Sequence record: AP025967.1
Direction: 5' to 3' (one strand)
DNA: 64,000 bases
Origin: a plasmid
In this document: piece after piece, positions 42,079 to 52,661 of the stretch
How positions within the stretch are numbered: the first letter of the stretch is position 1
How the letters are laid out: every line of letters begins with the position of its first letter
Made by a program: the position numbers and the translations under genes
The notes under the pieces: model-generated
Database searches by the model: none
Seen by the model: the letters and a program-made list of their open reading frames with translations, nothing else
Told to the model about the DNA's origin: nothing

Positions 42079-42100
42079 TCATACAGAACAAAAATAATTT

Positions 42101-42526
42101 ATGATATTAGATACAATTACTAAAATTATTACTATAGTTGGATTTTGTTTGGCATTTTTTCAACTAAGAAATGTTATAAAAAATACCAAAGTTAATGTTT
42201 TAAAAACTGAATTTGATATTTTTGGTAAAATTTCAGAAAAAGAAAAAATATTTGTTGATTGTTATGAACAATCAATGTTATCAAGTGAAGAATCAAAAAC
42301 TCAAGAATATTATAGTTTATATAAAAAAAGCAAAGAACAATATTTAAGTGAATTGAATTTAGTCTGTTTATATATATTAGAAGGATATTTTACTAGAAAA
42401 CATTTTTTTCAAGAGTATGGATCAAAAATGTTTTCTATGTATGATGAAATAAAAGATAAAGATTATACTAGCATTAATAAATTATGCAAAAAATATAGAT
42501 GCGAATTATCTAAGTATAAAAAATAG
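42101..42526 (+). CDS. hypothetical protein with N-terminal TM helix
   Basis: 141 aa. Confidence 0.35.
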   Translation: MILDTITKIITIVGFCLAFFQLRNVIKNTKVNVLKTEFDIFGKISEKEKIFVDCYEQSMLSSEESKTQEYYSLYKKSKEQYLSELNLVCLYILEGYFTRKHFFQEYGSKMFSMYDEIKDKDYTSINKLCKKYRCELSKYKK

Positions 42527-42529
42527 ATT

Positions 42530-44323
42530 TTAATCAAATAAAGACTTTTGTAAAAGAAATTTATTGCTTTTGGTGTTTAATTGATTCATTGGATCACTAC
42601 GCTTAATATACCTTTTTACCCTATTATTGCTTTGATAGATGAAAAACAAATCATTTTCATTTTTATATTGATTATAAAAAAACTCATCATCATAATTTGC
42701 AAATTCTACGCCTTTGCCATAAACATTAATTCCAAATTCTATAAGTTTATCTTTTAATTTAACAATCTCTTTCTTTTGTTTCGAAATAATAGAACTTTCT
42801 TTATAAAGTCTATAAGCTTTAATTTCACAAAACTCACTATAACTAAGAATTTTTTTATCAGGAAAACTTGTTAAAAATCTGATTAAATCCTGTGCGACTA
42901 AAGAATTTAAATCAATGAGTATTTTTGACAAGTCATCATCATAAGAAAGTGTAGATTCTGTTTCAAGCCTTTTGATATATTCCCTACGAACTGTCAATAC
43001 AAATACAGATACAATCACGCCATTTTCTTTTGTGATACGCTCTACAGAATCAAACATTAAAATCCCTTTATCTCTTTGTGTAATTGTTTTTTTATCTTTA
43101 TCTTCTATATTTTGCGTAAAGGCTAAATCATATGCAAAACGAGAAATTTCTGTAAATTTTTGTTTTAACCAAGAATAATTACTAGGAGCTTTATTAAGAT
43201 ATTGTTTTAAGAATTTATAAGGCTCTAATCTTACTTCCATATCCCAAAAATTTTCTTGATATTTTTTAATAACACTTGTATCTACATTTTTTTTGATATA
43301 TAAAAATAGAGCATCTAAAATACTTCTATGTGTTTGCGTTAGCAAAGAATTTTTAAGAGTAATAGCATATGATGAACCATTTGCACCAAGCATTCCAAAT
43401 TCTATTTTATTATCATTTTCTTTAAAGTACTTATAAAAATTAGAATCAGCAAGTTTTCGTGAGCTTAAATAAAAAACACCTCTATTTTCATTCATTGTTA
43501 CATAACCTTCTGCTAAATCATTAACACTTACAGCAGAAATATCTTTTTTATTAATAATTTCTAAAGTATGATTGTCAATATTTTCTACTTTTACATCTTT
43601 AATTAAAGGTTCATCAATACTAGAGTTCTGTAATACTTTAATTGTTTTTTGAAACTCGCCAGCATTAATATTATTATTATCTTTTAACACTTCAAGTAAG
43701 CGATAAGTTGTAGAGCTTTTATCTTCTCCTTTTTGAAATGAGAGTTTATAAACAAGTCTAGGGGCATTTATAATTACAGAGCTACCCATAAGACTTTCGC
43801 CTTTTTTATCTAAGTGATGAAGTAATAAAATAGCTTGATTGTTTGATTTTGCTACATCTGTTAAAATATTAAAGAAATTTTGCACATCATTTTGATTATT
43901 TTGATCTTTAAAGCCCAAGATTGAGAAGAATGCACTAAAAGTATCAAGAACGATTAAATCACAATCTGCTAACTCATTAAGTTCTTCTTTTAAGCTATCC
44001 ATAGGTTCTTTATCAATTTTTGGAAGTTCATTTGAAAACTCAAATTCTAAACTATTAAAAGGATAAAAATTTTCTATATTTTTAATGCGTTCTAAAATTG
44101 CTTTGTTCTTATCTTCTATACTCCAAAAAAAAGGTTTTAAACCATCATTAATAGCATTAGCACATACTTTTAAAGCTAAAAAAGATTTTCCTACTTCACT
44201 ATTGCCACTTAATACAGCTACAGAACCTCTTTCTAGCTTAATAGTGTCTTCACAAATTACAGAAACATTCTCATCGCTAAAAATTCCAAGTGTAATTGTA
44301 TTAATAGTATTGCGTTTAGGCAT
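42530..44323 (-). CDS. rep: plasmid replication protein with RecA-like AAA_25 ATPase domain
   Basis: Walker A motif GNSEVGKS and Walker B motif LIVLDTF. The iteron array lies immediately upstream. Confidence 0.55.
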   Translation of the reverse strand: MPKRNTINTITLGIFSDENVSVICEDTIKLERGSVAVLSGNSEVGKSFLALKVCANAINDGLKPFFWSIEDKNKAILERIKNIENFYPFNSLEFEFSNELPKIDKEPMDSLKEELNELADCDLIVLDTFSAFFSILGFKDQNNQNDVQNFFNILTDVAKSNNQAILLLHHLDKKGESLMGSSVIINAPRLVYKLSFQKGEDKSSTTYRLLEVLKDNNNINAGEFQKTIKVLQNSSIDEPLIKDVKVENIDNHTLEIINKKDISAVSVNDLAEGYVTMNENRGVFYLSSRKLADSNFYKYFKENDNKIEFGMLGANGSSYAITLKNSLLTQTHRSILDALFLYIKKNVDTSVIKKYQENFWDMEVRLEPYKFLKQYLNKAPSNYSWLKQKFTEISRFAYDLAFTQNIEDKDKKTITQRDKGILMFDSVERITKENGVIVSVFVLTVRREYIKRLETESTLSYDDDLSKILIDLNSLVAQDLIRFLTSFPDKKILSYSEFCEIKAYRLYKESSIISKQKKEIVKLKDKLIEFGINVYGKGVEFANYDDEFFYNQYKNENDLFFIYQSNNRVKRYIKRSDPMNQLNTKSNKFLLQKSLFD

Positions 44324-44413
44324 TTTTAATCCTTTGCTACTTCTATAATTTCAAATAGTTGTTTTATGATTTTAGAGTGTAATCTGCTTCTTTTTGCAGT
44401 CATTCTTGGCAAT

Positions 44414-44632
44414 TCAGGCATTTGCTAAAACCATTGGAATAATTGAAGTTGTTTTGTTTTCAATAATCCTTTTTTCTTCATTTGCAAGGCTTTCTAAATA
44501 AAGCTCTCCAGCTTCTTTTATATTAGCTAAAGCTTCTTCATAGGTATTTCCTTGCGACACGCAACCTTCAAGCTCTAGAATGCGTGCAAAATATCTATCT
44601 CGATCTTTTTCAATGATAATATTTAGCAACAT
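44414..44632 (-). CDS. HicB-family antitoxin-like protein
   Basis: YFARILELEGCVSQGNTYEEALANIKEA matches the HicB/UPF0150 N-terminal domain. A possible 31-codon partner ORF lies at 44316-44408. Confidence 0.45.
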   Translation of the reverse strand: MLLNIIIEKDRDRYFARILELEGCVSQGNTYEEALANIKEAGELYLESLANEEKRIIENKTTSIIPMVLANA

Positions 44633-44646
44633 TTAATTCCTTACTA

Positions 44647-45165
44647 TTGACATAAATAGAACAAACAATTAATTTACACCCCAAAAATTGATATAAATAG
44701 AATAGTTTAGTGCAAATTAACAACTTTTCATAAAGTAATTATAGTAAAATTATTATATTTATGTCAATACTTATTATATCTATATAAAAAATTATTTTTT
44801 TGAAAAATACTAATTTCATCTAAAATATAAAATTGACATAAATAGAATAGTTTAGTGCAAATTAACAACTTTTCATAAAGTAATTATAGTAAAATTATTA
44901 TATTTATGTCAATACTTATTATATCTATATAAAAAATTATTTTTTGAAAAATACTAATTTCATCTAAAATATAAAATTGACATAAATAGAATAGTTTATT
45001 ATATTTATGTCAGCAAAATCAGCATACAATCACTCATAAGTTATTAAAAAATTGACATAAATAGAATAGTTTTTGACATAAATAGAATAGTTTTTGACAT
45101 TTTTTCGGAAACCCCATATGGAAAATAGGGACTTTAAAAGATACATTGACATAAATAGAATAGTT
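44647..45165. repeat. iteron array / oriV: TTGACATAAATAGAATAGTT x ~8 incl. partials
   Basis: Direct copies at 44647, 44688, 44833, 44977, 45052, 45074, 45096 and 45146. Inverted half-sites TATTTATGTCA at 44755, 44900 and 45003. Part of the array is a 144-bp unit tandemly duplicated. Confidence 0.7.
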
Positions 45166-45309
45166 ACTAAATTCTTAAATTTATTAAATTTATAATATAT
45201 TAAAAGGTAAATCAAAAATTAAAATTTTTGAACTTTTATATAAAATTATAAAATATAATTTTGAATAACTCCAAAAAGAAGTTATAATTTAAAAAATTAT
45301 TTTGGACTG

Positions 45310-45492
45310 ATGATGAAATTTAAGAATTTTATTAAGTATTTAAATTATAAGAAACTTAGAAATATAGAGAAATTGTATTTTGATTTAATAGTTATGATTA
45401 TTTTAAGTTCTGTAAGTTTTTTATTCCTTGCTTTTAAATTTTTAATTTGTAAAGACATTCTAATATTTTTACAAAATTATTTGGAAAAATAA
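45310..45492 (+). CDS. small membrane protein (60 aa)
   Basis: One TM helix, directly upstream of the kinase. Confidence 0.3.
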   Translation: MMKFKNFIKYLNYKKLRNIEKLYFDLIVMIILSSVSFLFLAFKFLICKDILIFLQNYLEK

Positions 45493-45503
45493 GTTAAATA
45501 TTA

Positions 45504-46640
45504 ATGGATCCTATAGTAAATAACCATTTGATTAATGCTTATAAAGATTTAGAATCATCGTTATCACAAGCTTATACAGATTTGTATTTTTGTTTTGAAA
45601 ATGGAAAATTGAAATTAGTTCTTTCAACTTTACATAATAACATCATAGAATGTTTTAAAAAGATGAATAGTCGTCTTCCATCTACTGAAAATAGTAATAA
45701 TCATTATTGGGCTGATGACAGTAGAAAATTAAAATTCAATATAGAATTAGCTTTATATTTGCAAAAAGAATTTAAAGATAGTGAATTATCTTTTTGGATA
45801 GATGAATATTATTATAATGTTTTTAAACAATGTTTAAATTTTTTAAAAAGTAGTGAAGGTAGTGAAATACCACTGGGAATGCAAAAAATAACTATTTATG
45901 AAGCAATTCCTATATTTGTTAAATTGAATTCTATTAGCAATCCAGAAGTAAATAAAAATTATTCTTTAGATTTGATTGGTGATGGGTCTTATGCAAAAGT
46001 GTATAAATATTATGATGAATTTTATAAACATTATTTTGCTTTAAAAAAATTAAACAAAAAAGTTAATGATAAAGAAATTCAAAGATTTATTAAAGAATTT
46101 AATATAATGAAACAGATAAATAATCCATATATTTTAAAAGTATATTCTTTAGATGAGAATAAAAAAGAATATATTCATAAAAATAATTCAAAACTTTCAT
46201 CCGATGAAAGAATTAGTTTAGGTATTCAAATAATAAAAGGTATTAAAACTTTATGGAATAAAAATATATTACATAGAGATATAAGTCTTAAAAATATTTT
46301 GATAAAACAATATGATGATATTGTAGTAATAAAAATTTCTGATTTTGGTCTTGTAAAAGAATTAAATAGCGAGTTAACAAGTGAAAATACAGAAATAAAA
46401 GGAAGTTTAAATGAAATTTCAAGATTGCAGAAAAAAGGGTTTAATAATTATGATAAGAGTGATGAAATCTATGCTTTAAGTAGAGTTTTATATTTTATAG
46501 CTACAGGCAGAACAAATTTGATAAATACTAAATGCGACTTTTTAGAAAAAGGAATTAATGATAATGTAAAAAATAGATATAATAATTTAGATGATTTAAT
46601 GAGAGATTTTAAGCATTATATAAAGAAAATATATAATTAA
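45504..46640 (+). CDS. Hanks-type serine/threonine protein kinase with ~150-aa N-terminal extension
   Basis: Carries the Gly-loop GDGSYAKVY, the Lys motif ALKKL, the catalytic loop HRDISLKNILI, and DFGLVK. Confidence 0.7.
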   Translation: MDPIVNNHLINAYKDLESSLSQAYTDLYFCFENGKLKLVLSTLHNNIIECFKKMNSRLPSTENSNNHYWADDSRKLKFNIELALYLQKEFKDSELSFWIDEYYYNVFKQCLNFLKSSEGSEIPLGMQKITIYEAIPIFVKLNSISNPEVNKNYSLDLIGDGSYAKVYKYYDEFYKHYFALKKLNKKVNDKEIQRFIKEFNIMKQINNPYILKVYSLDENKKEYIHKNNSKLSSDERISLGIQIIKGIKTLWNKNILHRDISLKNILIKQYDDIVVIKISDFGLVKELNSELTSENTEIKGSLNEISRLQKKGFNNYDKSDEIYALSRVLYFIATGRTNLINTKCDFLEKGINDNVKNRYNNLDDLMRDFKHYIKKIYN

Positions 46641-46789
46641 TGTATATTATTAATTACTAAAAATAACTATTATATATTAATATTTATTTATATATAATAC
46701 AGACATTTTTATAGATAAATTTATTAATATTGCTTTAAAATCATTAGTTTTATAATACTAAATTAAAACTTATTTTCGAAAGGAATAAA

Positions 46790-46999
46790 ATGGCAAGAGA
46801 TAAAAGTAAAGATGATAATCTTTTTAATTGCTCCCAAGATTATGAACACGATCATGTGGTAAGACAATATCCGAAAGAATACCAGGACAAAATTCGTGAT
46901 TTTTTAAAGAAAGCGTGTCAAAATAAAAAAATATATCATAGTAAGCATAAGGAAGTTTATGATCTTATCGAAAAAGAATTAGGGTACTTTACTGATTGA
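46790..46999 (+). CDS. small hypothetical protein
   Basis: 69 aa, basic. Confidence 0.3.
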   Translation: MARDKSKDDNLFNCSQDYEHDHVVRQYPKEYQDKIRDFLKKACQNKKIYHSKHKEVYDLIEKELGYFTD

Positions 47000-47107
47000 C
47001 CAAATAATATATTTTCAAAAATATTTAAGAAATTATGAGTATATTGAGTAATTTGTAGACATTTTAACCCCTTTTATAAGGGCTAAAAATCTAAACAGAA
47101 CTTATTA

Positions 47108-47220
47108 CATCAACAATTTGTTGTATGCTTTCGCCTAGAGTTTGAAAAAGATCTAAATTCATTTGTTGTTCTTAAAAAATTCCATAGCACTTTCTCGTGG
47201 CTTTTGTAACGACTTAGAAT
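47108..47220. repeat. duplicate of the virB5-3'/virB6-5' junction (34380-34495)
   Basis: About 113 bp near-identical. Confidence 0.7.
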
Positions 47221-47422
47221 AGTTTGCCTTATAAGCATTTGCACATTCTGTATCAGTTTGTGCAGAATTGGCATTTTTATCACATTCTTTGATTTTAGCT
47301 TCTAATTCTGTAGCATTTTTTGGATCTTCGTAATATTGCACTGTTTTTGGCTCTGAAGAGCAAGCAGAAAAAACACCAGTAATAACTGCACCTAATAAAG
47401 CTAGTTTGATTGTATTTTTCAT
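47159..47422 (-). CDS. lipoprotein with C-terminus borrowed from virB5 3' end
   Basis: Lipobox FSAC. The last 20 residues YSKSLQKPRESAMEFFKNNK are identical to the VirB5-like C-terminus. Confidence 0.45.
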   Translation of the reverse strand: MKNTIKLALLGAVITGVFSACSSEPKTVQYYEDPKNATELEAKIKECDKNANSAQTDTECANAYKANYSKSLQKPRESAMEFFKNNK

Positions 47423-47536
47423 TTTTAATCCTTTTTTTGTATATTTATAGTAATTATAATATACTATTATTAACTAATAATATATAAAAAATATTTTTTA
47501 TATATTATTATATATTATGATTACAAAGAGTAACTA

Positions 47537-48769
47537 TTATTGTCTAGTTATCTCTTTTTCAGGTTGTGTTTTTTCCATAGATTTAAAAGCTTTAAGTTTA
47601 TTATGAAAATCAATGAAATTTAATTGTTTTTTGACTTCATCAAGCCCTTTATTTAAAAAAATGTCATTGAAATCACTTATTCCTTGTTCTGCTTCTTGAT
47701 TGCTGATTTTTGGAATAATAACTTTAATATCTGAAAATTTTTGTTGAATTTCTTTTGCAGTTTCCACCCCGACATTAGAAAGACCTTTTAATTCTCTTTT
47801 TTTATCATTATCGGCTATTAAGGTAATAGGAGTGTTTTGAAATTTGTTTTTAGGGTTTCAACGATTTTTGATAAGTTTCCAGCATCTATACCCATTATTA
47901 CAGGCTTATTGAGTGCTTTGTATATAGTTGCAGCAGTAGCAAAGCCTTCTGCTATGATAAATTCTTTGCAATATTCTAGGTTTTTTGCACCTATTAGGTG
48001 AAAACATCCAGATTTTTTTGCAGAATATTCAATGCCTTGCTCTTTTTCTTCTTTAGTTTTAATTACACCAATAATTTTATCACCATTTGGGAATATTCTT
48101 TGCACAGACCATAATTTGCCATTTTCATCTTTTAAGGGAATAAGTAAAGAACCTTTGTTATCCTGCTTAAGATAAAAGTTTTCACTAAAACCTTTTTTCT
48201 TTAAATAAGGATGATTTGAATGAGCCCAATTAGCTTGATTATATTCTTCTTCAATTTTTAATGCTGTTTTTTGCTGAAGCTCTAAAATGTCTTGTTTCGT
48301 ATTATTGCTTGTAGAATTATGTAATCTTTTTTGACTAGGAGTTTGATAACTTACAATGTTTTGTTTTGCATTTTCTAAAGGCATTTTCCAATTTTCTTTA
48401 ATACCTGTTTTAAAATTTTGAATAAAACCAGCAGGGTATTCATCTAAAAATCCACTATAAGCTCCACTCATTTCTCTGCCTTTATCTGTTGTTGTTTTTA
48501 CTCTGTGGATTTTGCCATCCATGATAGGTGAACCATCAATAATTAAACCTTGATTTTCTAAAGCAGATTTAAAAGTAGTTAAAACTTCATTTTCATCAAA
48601 TGAAAAATTCTTTATTTTGGTGCGGATAAAACCATTGTGAGAAAATATTTTTATCTAAGCTTTTTGGAGCAAACCATTTTTTTTCTTTATCATCCCACAT
48701 TGCCCCTAATGATTTTACTTTTTCTTTGTCTTTAAATGGAACATAAAGATAAATTCTTTTTTGTGGCAT
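47537..48769 (-). pseudogene. Toprim primase-like gene, copy B (multiple frameshifts)
   Basis: Collinear with 9459..10689. Differs at homopolymer tracts: 48011 is T7 where copy A has T6, ~47845 is T5 where copy A has T6, and ~48605 is A5 where copy A has A4. Confidence 0.55.
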
Positions 48770-48850
48770 CGTATATCCTTTTAGTTTCCTTTAATGTTTT
48801 TTTGGTATAATTCCAAATGAAATTCGAGGGACTCCTTGTGTCCCACCTTT

Positions 48851-49509
48851 CTAATCTTGGCAATATTTCAAAATTCTTTCATCAAATGTTTTAATTAAAT
48901 CATCTAAAAATAGTTCTATCTTTTGTGGATTGATGCCTATATAGACATTTTCAATCTTTGTTGTTAATCTTGGATAATGTTTGCCATTTTTTTCTGTAGT
49001 TTTTAAAATATTTTCCCAATGATAACTTCTATTTCTTAGATTTTGTAATAAGCTAAGAACTATATCCACTTTATATATATTTCCAAAGTTTCTTTTTTTA
49101 CCATTTTTTAAAAAGAAATTTCTATTATATTGATTGTAATTTCTAAAATTGATATTTTTTAAATTCATTATAGAATCTTGCATTCTATTTTCTTTAATAA
49201 GATAAATAATCGTTCCTAAGCTTATACGAGAAAGATATTGATGGTGAGATAAAATTCTATTTTTTCTCTCTTTTCAATTTCATCTTTGGCTTTTTTAATA
49301 TTTTCATCATTAGAATTTTTTATCCAATTACTATCTTGTTCTGATAATTTATTATCAAGTTTATTTCTAAGAATAATTTCTAATGTAGCAATTTTTGGAG
49401 TGATTTTTCCTACAAGTTTAAGATTATCATAGTGCTTGACAATATTATTATCGTAAGAAGATAATCTCATTTGAGAAAACAGATCATTAAAATTTGTTAG
49501 ATTATTCAT
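48851..49509 (-). pseudogene. frameshifted copy of the 219-aa gene (10771..11430)
   Basis: Split into 95-aa and 110-aa ORFs. Confidence 0.5.
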
Positions 49510-49571
49510 TTTTTACCTTGATCGAGAATATGTTTTTTCGTTGCTAATTTCTCTATCTGGTAAAATTTTAT

Positions 49572-50123
49572 TTAGTTTTTTTTGAAAAATTCATTCATTT
49601 TTTCTTTAAAAAATGAACTTTTATTAATTTGCTTTTTTTCAAATTTTTCTCTAGTTTCAGAATAAGAATTTGCAAATTCTAATATCATTACACCAACATC
49701 TTTATTGGCTACTTCTGATAAATTTTTTATTGCTTTAAAAGTTCCATCTAACATTTCATCATATATTTTTGGTTTATAAATTCCAAGTCGATTATTAAGA
49801 TCTTTTTTTATTTCAGGGTTTATATTTTCTTTAATTAATTTGGAACTACCAATATTAATTAAATGTTCAATACCTTTTTGAAAATTTTTATCTCCAAGTC
49901 TTATATTTAATGGTATTTTTTCTTTATCAGTAATGATATCAAATTTAATATATTGATTTGAAAAATCTTTTTTTAGTAAGCTTTCTGCAACATCAAAAGT
50001 TTTTATTGTATTAAAAAATTTATTTACATCTTCACCTTCATAAGTTCCTTCTTGTATAGCTTCTTTATATTGCTCATTAAGTTCACTTACATCTGTTACT
50101 TTTATTTTGTAATCTTTTTCCAT
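49572..50123 (-). CDS. hypothetical protein
   Basis: 183 aa. Confidence 0.35.
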   Translation of the reverse strand: MEKDYKIKVTDVSELNEQYKEAIQEGTYEGEDVNKFFNTIKTFDVAESLLKKDFSNQYIKFDIITDKEKIPLNIRLGDKNFQKGIEHLINIGSSKLIKENINPEIKKDLNNRLGIYKPKIYDEMLDGTFKAIKNLSEVANKDVGVMILEFANSYSETREKFEKKQINKSSFFKEKMNEFFKKN

Positions 50124-50151
50124 TTTTATTCTCCTATGATAAATTTTTGTT

Positions 50152-50433
50152 TTATTGTTTTTTTGCAGTATCTATTTTATCGTTTCTATGATTAAAATCA
50201 TATAAGTTATTTATTTTATCTAAGATATTTTTAGTGTTTTTACAATCAAACTTTTCTACCAATAAATTAAATTCATTTTTAAAATCTTCATTTATTTCAA
50301 AATCTTTAAATAGTGCTGATGAAAATTTTTTATATATACGCTCTTTATTTTCTTTTTCTTTTTGGCGTAATTTTTTTAATTTTTCATCATACTCACGCTT
50401 TAATTCTTCTATCAATTTGCTTTCTTTAAACAT
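50152..50433 (-). CDS. small coiled-coil hypothetical protein
   Basis: 93 aa. Confidence 0.3.
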   Translation of the reverse strand: MFKESKLIEELKREYDEKLKKLRQKEKENKERIYKKFSSALFKDFEINEDFKNEFNLLVEKFDCKNTKNILDKINNLYDFNHRNDKIDTAKKQ

Positions 50434-50529
50434 AACATCTCCTTTATAATATTTATGTAAATGTATTATTACAAAGTAGTCTTAATATTTTATAAAGCTT
50501 AATAATGTAGAATAGCGATTAATCGAAAT

Positions 50530-50600
50530 AATTTAATAATTGCAGGATAGCCTTTTATTTCCTAAAAAGTTACCTTTTTAAAAAATAAAAGGCAAAAACT
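50530..50600. promoter_or_regulatory. candidate oriT
   Basis: GCAGGAT at 50542-50548 is the reverse complement of ATCCTGC, the RP4-type nic core (YATCCTG|Y). It lies about 75 bp upstream of mobC. An inverted repeat CCTTTT/AAAAGG follows. Confidence 0.4.
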
Positions 50601-50620
50601 CTGCGAGGCTCATTAAGGAA

Positions 50621-51178
50621 GTGCAAATGAATAAAAACAATAATTGCGTCATAAAAGTTAGCAAAGATGATAAAATAATTTTAGAATATATAAAATCAGA
50701 AACAAATGCATCATATAGTAAAATAATATCTATTTTATTAAAAAAGTTTAATTCTTGTGATGCAGATGAGAAGAATAAAATCAATAATGAGATATCTAAA
50801 AATAAATTTTATACAAGTGATGAAAATAAAATAATCAAACTAAAACTTACAGAAAATGAAGTAAATATTTTAAAAGAAATCTCTAAAAATACAGGATTTT
50901 CAAGTATTACAAAACAAGCAAAATTTTTGCTATTAAACTCCATAAAAAATGAAAAACTTTTTACTAATATAGAAATAGATAAGTTTATAAAAACAAGAAC
51001 AGAAATCAATGCAATAGGTAAAAATATATATCAATTATTGAAGATTCTTAGAAGTGGAAATTCTGTCAAAATAAATGAAAATAATTTAAATAAAACTATG
51101 GATAATATTAGAGATAAAATTGATATATTATCCGATCAGCTTGGGGCTATAATAGAAAAAAATAATGAAAGAATTTAA
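50621..51178 (+). CDS. mobC: MobC-like mobilisation accessory protein
   Basis: 185 aa. Sits immediately upstream of the relaxase, with its stop overlapping the relaxase start. Confidence 0.45.
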   Translation: MQMNKNNNCVIKVSKDDKIILEYIKSETNASYSKIISILLKKFNSCDADEKNKINNEISKNKFYTSDENKIIKLKLTENEVNILKEISKNTGFSSITKQAKFLLLNSIKNEKLFTNIEIDKFIKTRTEINAIGKNIYQLLKILRSGNSVKINENNLNKTMDNIRDKIDILSDQLGAIIEKNNERI

Positions 51179-52566
51179 TGTCGCGTAGTATAAGAATATT
51201 TGATGATGAAATAATTGCTAAAAAAGTTTTTACTAAAATAGAAAATGCTTCAAAGCTACCACTAAATTACATCAATAAAAATAGAGATAAATACGCCAAA
51301 GATATAAAAACAGGTAAGCTTGTTAGTAAAAATATGTTTAGAAAAAATACAGAAGTCGTTGTAAAAATTACTTCAGGTTCTAAAAATTCTCAAGCACTTT
51401 CAAAACATCTTGATTATATTTCTCGTGATGGAAATGTAGAATTAATTACAAACGATTTTGATAGATATGCTGGAGAAGATGAGATTTTAGAAGTTAAAAG
51501 AATTTTCAAAAATGAAGGATCTCCTATTCCATTATATAAGGAAGGTGCTAAAGAAAAAAGACATACTATTAATATGGTTTTTTCTATGAAAGAACATTCT
51601 ACAACACCAAAAGAAAAATTACAACAAGCTGTAATTACTACTTTAAAAAGAATGTATCCAAATAATTTTTTTGTAGTTGCTTTTCATAATGATACTGATA
51701 ATCCGCATTGCCATGTTTGCTTGAAAGTTGCGGATAAAAATGGTAAAAGAATTAATCCAAAAAAAGCAGATTTAGCAAATTTAAGAGCAGAATTTGCAAA
51801 AGCATTAAATGAGTTAGGAGTTGAAGCAAAGGCTACAAATAAAAAGCAAAGAGAAGTAGAAATAAATCAAGAAATTTCAGTTAAATTAAATACAAATAAT
51901 GAGATTAATCAAGCACCAAAAATAAAAATGCATTATTATCAAGTTATGGATTTCGGAGAAGCAAACTATCAATTTAGCACAGATAAAAATGCCAAAAAAA
52001 GTTATTATGTGAGTTATAAAACCAAAAAAGGAATAACTACAATTTGGGGACAAGATTTAGAAAGGGTTGTAAGAGAAAATAAAGTTTTAAGGGGTGAATA
52101 TGCAAGATTTAAAATAGTAGGGCAAGAAAAATATGAGATAAAAAGAAAGGCAAAAATTAATAACAAGTGGCAAGAAGTTGTTAAAACACTTAAAAAACCT
52201 ATTTGGGAAGTATCAGTAATAGGTAGAGAGAAAGATTTAAAACAGATCAACAAAGCCAAAACAACAAAAAAATATAAAATTATACAAGATAAAGGAGTGA
52301 ATAATGAGAGAGATTATACAAAACAATATAGACAGAGAGTCTTACAAGAGCTCGGTAATAAATCAACTATCCGAAGAGAAACTGCCCAAGAAAGAAACTC
52401 TATGCGAATATTGTCCAAACAGCCTATGGTTCATAACACAAAACGAACTCAAATGCTTTTGCACATCAATGCACTCAATCAGTTACAGCAAGGAGAGCGA
52501 GGACGATCCGATAATATCTTGCGATGGACAAGTGCTAGGAATAATGAGATTGAAAGAGATGGATAA
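51178..52566 (+). CDS. MOBP-family relaxase (TraI/VirD2-like)
   Basis: Motif III HNDTDNPHCHVCL matches HxDTDNxHxH. An N-terminal Tyr/Ser region is present. Confidence 0.75.
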   Translation: MSRSIRIFDDEIIAKKVFTKIENASKLPLNYINKNRDKYAKDIKTGKLVSKNMFRKNTEVVVKITSGSKNSQALSKHLDYISRDGNVELITNDFDRYAGEDEILEVKRIFKNEGSPIPLYKEGAKEKRHTINMVFSMKEHSTTPKEKLQQAVITTLKRMYPNNFFVVAFHNDTDNPHCHVCLKVADKNGKRINPKKADLANLRAEFAKALNELGVEAKATNKKQREVEINQEISVKLNTNNEINQAPKIKMHYYQVMDFGEANYQFSTDKNAKKSYYVSYKTKKGITTIWGQDLERVVRENKVLRGEYARFKIVGQEKYEIKRKAKINNKWQEVVKTLKKPIWEVSVIGREKDLKQINKAKTTKKYKIIQDKGVNNERDYTKQYRQRVLQELGNKSTIRRETAQERNSMRILSKQPMVHNTKRTQMLLHINALNQLQQGERGRSDNILRWTSARNNEIERDG

Positions 52567-52587
52567 TTTATAAAAGAAAGGAATAAA
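52516..52587. repeat. 72-bp direct repeat, copy 1 (partner 56152-56223)
   Basis: 71/72 bp identical. Overlaps the relaxase 3' end. Confidence 0.85.
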
Positions 52588-52661
52588 ATATAAAGAATAT
52601 ACTAAAAATTTGGAACGCTCCTTGCTTAATTTTTCAAAGCAATATTTTAAAAGGTAATAAA

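Noticed and set aside
41906-42097. 63-aa ORF with QNPN repeats
   Set aside because: The underlying 19-bp period shifts the frame between units, so it is more likely a non-coding tandem repeat.
44647-45165. Possible CRISPR array
   Set aside because: The units between 20-mer repeats are themselves identical (a 144-bp tandem duplication), the repeat spacing is irregular elsewhere, and no cas genes are present. The array fits iterons at an oriV.
45030-45215. 61-aa ORF inside the iteron array
   Set aside because: It is composed of repeat sequence and lies on the opposite strand to the neighbouring genes; non-coding.
52304-52573. Alternative-frame Cys-rich 89-aa ORF over the GC-richer relaxase 3' end
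   Set aside because: It overlaps the continuous relaxase frame entirely, and no RBS is present. It is probably an artefact of local composition.
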